Assembly (NCBI GenBank): GCA_038213805.1
Contig: JBBQSO010000100.1
Span: forward strand, 1 to 18,213
Direction: 5' to 3'
Origin: Planctomycetota bacterium
GTDB taxonomy: Bacteria; Planctomycetota; UBA11346
DNA: 18,213 bases
The notes under the pieces were generated by a model. The model was not told the DNA's origin. It saw only the letters and a list, made by a program, of their open reading frames with translations, and did not search any database. The translations under genes were made by a program, and so were the position numbers. Of this stretch, positions 15,906 to 18,213 are shown piece after piece (position 1 is the first letter of the stretch; each line of letters begins with the position of its first letter).

Positions 15906-16946
15906 ATGCGTTCGTTCGTGATCCTGCTCATCCTCGCGGCCGCCGGCTGGTTCGGCTGGCGCTGGTACGCCGAGCGCCAGGCGGCTGCCAAGGTCGCCGC
16001 CGAGCAGGCGGCGGCCGCCCAGCATGCCGCTGAGACTCCGCCGGCGCCCGGCCCCGGCGCCGGCCCCGGCGCGACCGCGCAGCCCCCGCCCGGCGACGGC
16101 ACCCCGGCCGACGCGCCGATCCTGCCCGAGGTCAAGGCCGAGTACGAGCGCGCCGAAGGCATCTGGCAGCAGGTCGTCGCCAGCGGCACCAACCCCGCCG
16201 GCACCGCCAAGGCGCCGCTCCTCGACCACCTCTACAGCGACGTCCTGCAGGGCCTCTACAACAAGCCCGGGCAGAAGGCCCTCGAACTCAAGCTGATCGC
16301 CGAGCGGCTGACCCCATTGGGCGACAGCCTGTTCTTCTCCAAGACCCCCTTCCCCGACGACGAGAGCGGGCTGTTCGCCAGCCACGAGGTCCAGCCCGGC
16401 GAGAACCCGGACGCCATCGCGCGCAAATACGGCATGAGCCGCGAGTTGCTCAACCGCCTGCGCGGCCGCGATCCCAACGACAGTCGCCTGGGCGCCGGCG
16501 ACCGCCTGAAGGTGGTCAAGATCAAGGACAAGGGCGGCTTCCTGCTGCACATCGACAAGAGTGACTTCTACCTCGACTGCTACGTCGGCGGCGCCTTCGC
16601 GCGCCGCTATCCGATCTCGCATGGCGCACCCGAGACGCCCACGCCGAGCGGCAAGACCCGGCTCATCGGGCGCGAGCTCAACCCGAGCTGGACCAATCCC
16701 AAGAACGGCAAGGTCTACGGCCCGGACGACCCCGAGAACATCCTCGGCAAGGTGTGGATGGCCTTCTCGCCCGACGGCATCGACAAGAACGGGCTGGGCA
16801 TCCACGGCTACACCGGCCCCAATCCGAAAATGCAGGCGCAGGTCTCGAACGGCTGCATCCGCCTCGACACCCCGCAGGCCCAGGAGCTCTTCCAGACCCT
16901 GGCTAACCCCGACCGCAGCCCGACCGCGGTCGAGCTCGCCGACTGA
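15906..16946 (+). CDS. L,D-transpeptidase (YkuD family) with LysM domain and N-terminal membrane anchor
   Basis: GGGGGA RBS and ATG at 15906. Hydrophobic anchor, Pro/Ala linker, LysM (HEVQPGENPDAIARKYGMS...LGAGDRLKV) and YkuD (IDKSDFYL, YPISHG, TPTPSG, NPSW, NILG, GIHG...SNGCIRL). Confidence 0.92.
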   Translation: MRSFVILLILAAAGWFGWRWYAERQAAAKVAAEQAAAAQHAAETPPAPGPGAGPGATAQPPPGDGTPADAPILPEVKAEYERAEGIWQQVVASGTNPAGTAKAPLLDHLYSDVLQGLYNKPGQKALELKLIAERLTPLGDSLFFSKTPFPDDESGLFASHEVQPGENPDAIARKYGMSRELLNRLRGRDPNDSRLGAGDRLKVVKIKDKGGFLLHIDKSDFYLDCYVGGAFARRYPISHGAPETPTPSGKTRLIGRELNPSWTNPKNGKVYGPDDPENILGKVWMAFSPDGIDKNGLGIHGYTGPNPKMQAQVSNGCIRLDTPQAQELFQTLANPDRSPTAVELAD

Positions 16947-17094
16947 CGCGCCGGCCGGCGCGCCTACGGAAAGCCACCATGCGACTTGCGCCCGCCGCCG
17001 GCCCGGCCGAGGCTGCGTCCATGCACGCGACCACCCGGCCAACAGGCGTGCTTCCGGCCCGCCTTCCCGGTCCCGAGCGCGCGGCGCGGCGGCG

Positions 17095-18213
17095 ATGAGG
17101 CACATCCTCCGCTTCCTGCGCGGCCGGCGCGACCGCGCTGCGCCGGCCGCCGCGCCAGCCCAGCCCTGGCGCAGCGAACGCGTGGTCACCGAATTCGACG
17201 ACTACATCGCCCAGCTCGAGTCCGACATCGCCGCGGCCCGCACCACCATCCTGATGGAAGTCTTCATCTTCGGCGACGACGAGCCCGGCACGAGCGTGAT
17301 CCCGGCCCTGGCGGCTGCGGCGGCGCGCGGTGTGCAGGTACGCCTGCTGGTCGACGGCGTCGGCAGCCTGACCTGGATCCGCCACCGTGCCGCGGCTGCC
17401 AGCACCACCGGCATCGAGCTGCGCATCTTCCACCCGGTGCCGTGGCTCAGCACCGGCCCGCTGGAACCGGGCAAGTGGTGGCACGTGCTGGCGGGCCTGC
17501 GGCGCCTGAACCGCCGCAACCACCGCAAGGTGGTGGTGATCGACGGCGCTGTGGCCTGGGTGGGTTCGATGAACATCGAGCGCCGCCATTCGCGGACCTG
17601 CTGTGGCGAGGACGCTTGGCGCGACGCCGTGGCGCGCATCGAGGGCGAGACCGTGGGCCTGCTCGAGGAGGCCTTCACCGCCGCCTGGCGGCGCTCCTGG
17701 CGCGTCCGCGGGCGGCGCCTGTACCCGGCCTTCACCTGGCGACGGCTGCACGTGCACGCGCCGCCGGGCGGGCCGGTGCGCCTGAACCACGGCTTCCGCC
17801 TGCGCCGGCGCTACTGGCGAGAACTGCTCGCGCGCATCGCCGCGGCGCGCGGCCGGGTGTGGCTGGCCAACGCCTACTTCGTGCCGCGCGGCGACCTCAT
17901 CCGCGCGCTCGGCAAGGCGGCCGCAGCCGGCGCGGACGTGCGCGTGCTGACGCCGGGGCGCTCCGATCTGTGGTTCATGCCGCTGGTCGCCGCGGTGTTC
18001 GCCGACCGGCTGGCGCGCCTGGGGGTGCATCTGCACCAGTACCAGCCGTGCATGCTCCATGCCAAGGTGGCGATCATCGACGACTGGGTGACGGTCGGTT
18101 CGACCAACCTCAACAGCCGCAGCCTGAACCACGACCTCGAGGCCGACGTGGTGCTGGCCGAGCCCACCTCGCGCGCCAGCCTCGAGGACCACTTCACGGA
18201 GGGCCTATCCAAG
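17095..18213 (+). CDS. Cardiolipin synthase / phospholipase D, ClsB-like (3' end outside the window)
   Basis: Absent from the ORF track because no stop codon falls in the window. Frame from ATG 17095 reads DIAAARTTILMEVFIF..AAARGVQVRLLVDGVGS, HKD1 (RRNHRKVVVIDGAVAWVGSMN), NAYFVP and HKD2 (MLHAKVAIIDDWVTVGSTNLNSRS). It lacks the N-terminal TM pair of ClsA. Confidence 0.9.
   Translation, partial: MRHILRFLRGRRDRAAPAAAPAQPWRSERVVTEFDDYIAQLESDIAAARTTILMEVFIFGDDEPGTSVIPALAAAAARGVQVRLLVDGVGSLTWIRHRAAAASTTGIELRIFHPVPWLSTGPLEPGKWWHVLAGLRRLNRRNHRKVVVIDGAVAWVGSMNIERRHSRTCCGEDAWRDAVARIEGETVGLLEEAFTAAWRRSWRVRGRRLYPAFTWRRLHVHAPPGGPVRLNHGFRLRRRYWRELLARIAAARGRVWLANAYFVPRGDLIRALGKAAAAGADVRVLTPGRSDLWFMPLVAAVFADRLARLGVHLHQYQPCMLHAKVAIIDDWVTVGSTNLNSRSLNHDLEADVVLAEPTSRASLEDHFTEGLSK

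Noticed and set aside
16947..16962. Perfect 16-bp palindrome CGCGCCGGCCGGCGCG right after the LDT stop
   Set aside because: It is G/C-only in a very GC-rich context, has no U-tract and is a single copy, so it cannot be separated from chance.

Overview
GC-rich bacterial chromosomal window from a diderm (LPS-type glycosyltransferases, an outer-membrane beta-barrel and a LysM L,D-transpeptidase). Protein styles suggest PVC/Planctomycetota, but that is inference. Twelve CDS are supported, in order: a CPBP/CAAX-type intramembrane protease with long extensions (-), a 70-aa orphan coupled to a GT4, a GT2, a DUF1800-DUF1501 pair, a GmhB-like HAD protein lacking its catalytic motifs, a secreted alpha/beta-hydrolase (-), replicative dnaE with a degenerate PHP metal site (-), an alginate-export-type beta-barrel (-), a LysM-YkuD L,D-transpeptidase, and a ClsB-like phospholipase D cut by the window end. 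The most unusual signals are non-coding. (i) Three intergenic loci share one architecture: a (GCGAG-core) heptamer array, a short unique spacer and an inverted (CTCGC-core) heptamer array, each just after a stop codon. (ii) A tripartite REP-like palindrome cluster sits at 1-315. (iii) A ~215-nt element between the beta-barrel gene and dnaE carries seven C-GNA-G triloop motifs, all on the non-transcribed strand, which suggests folding as single-stranded DNA. No transposase, integrase, CRISPR array, tRNA or rRNA was recognised.
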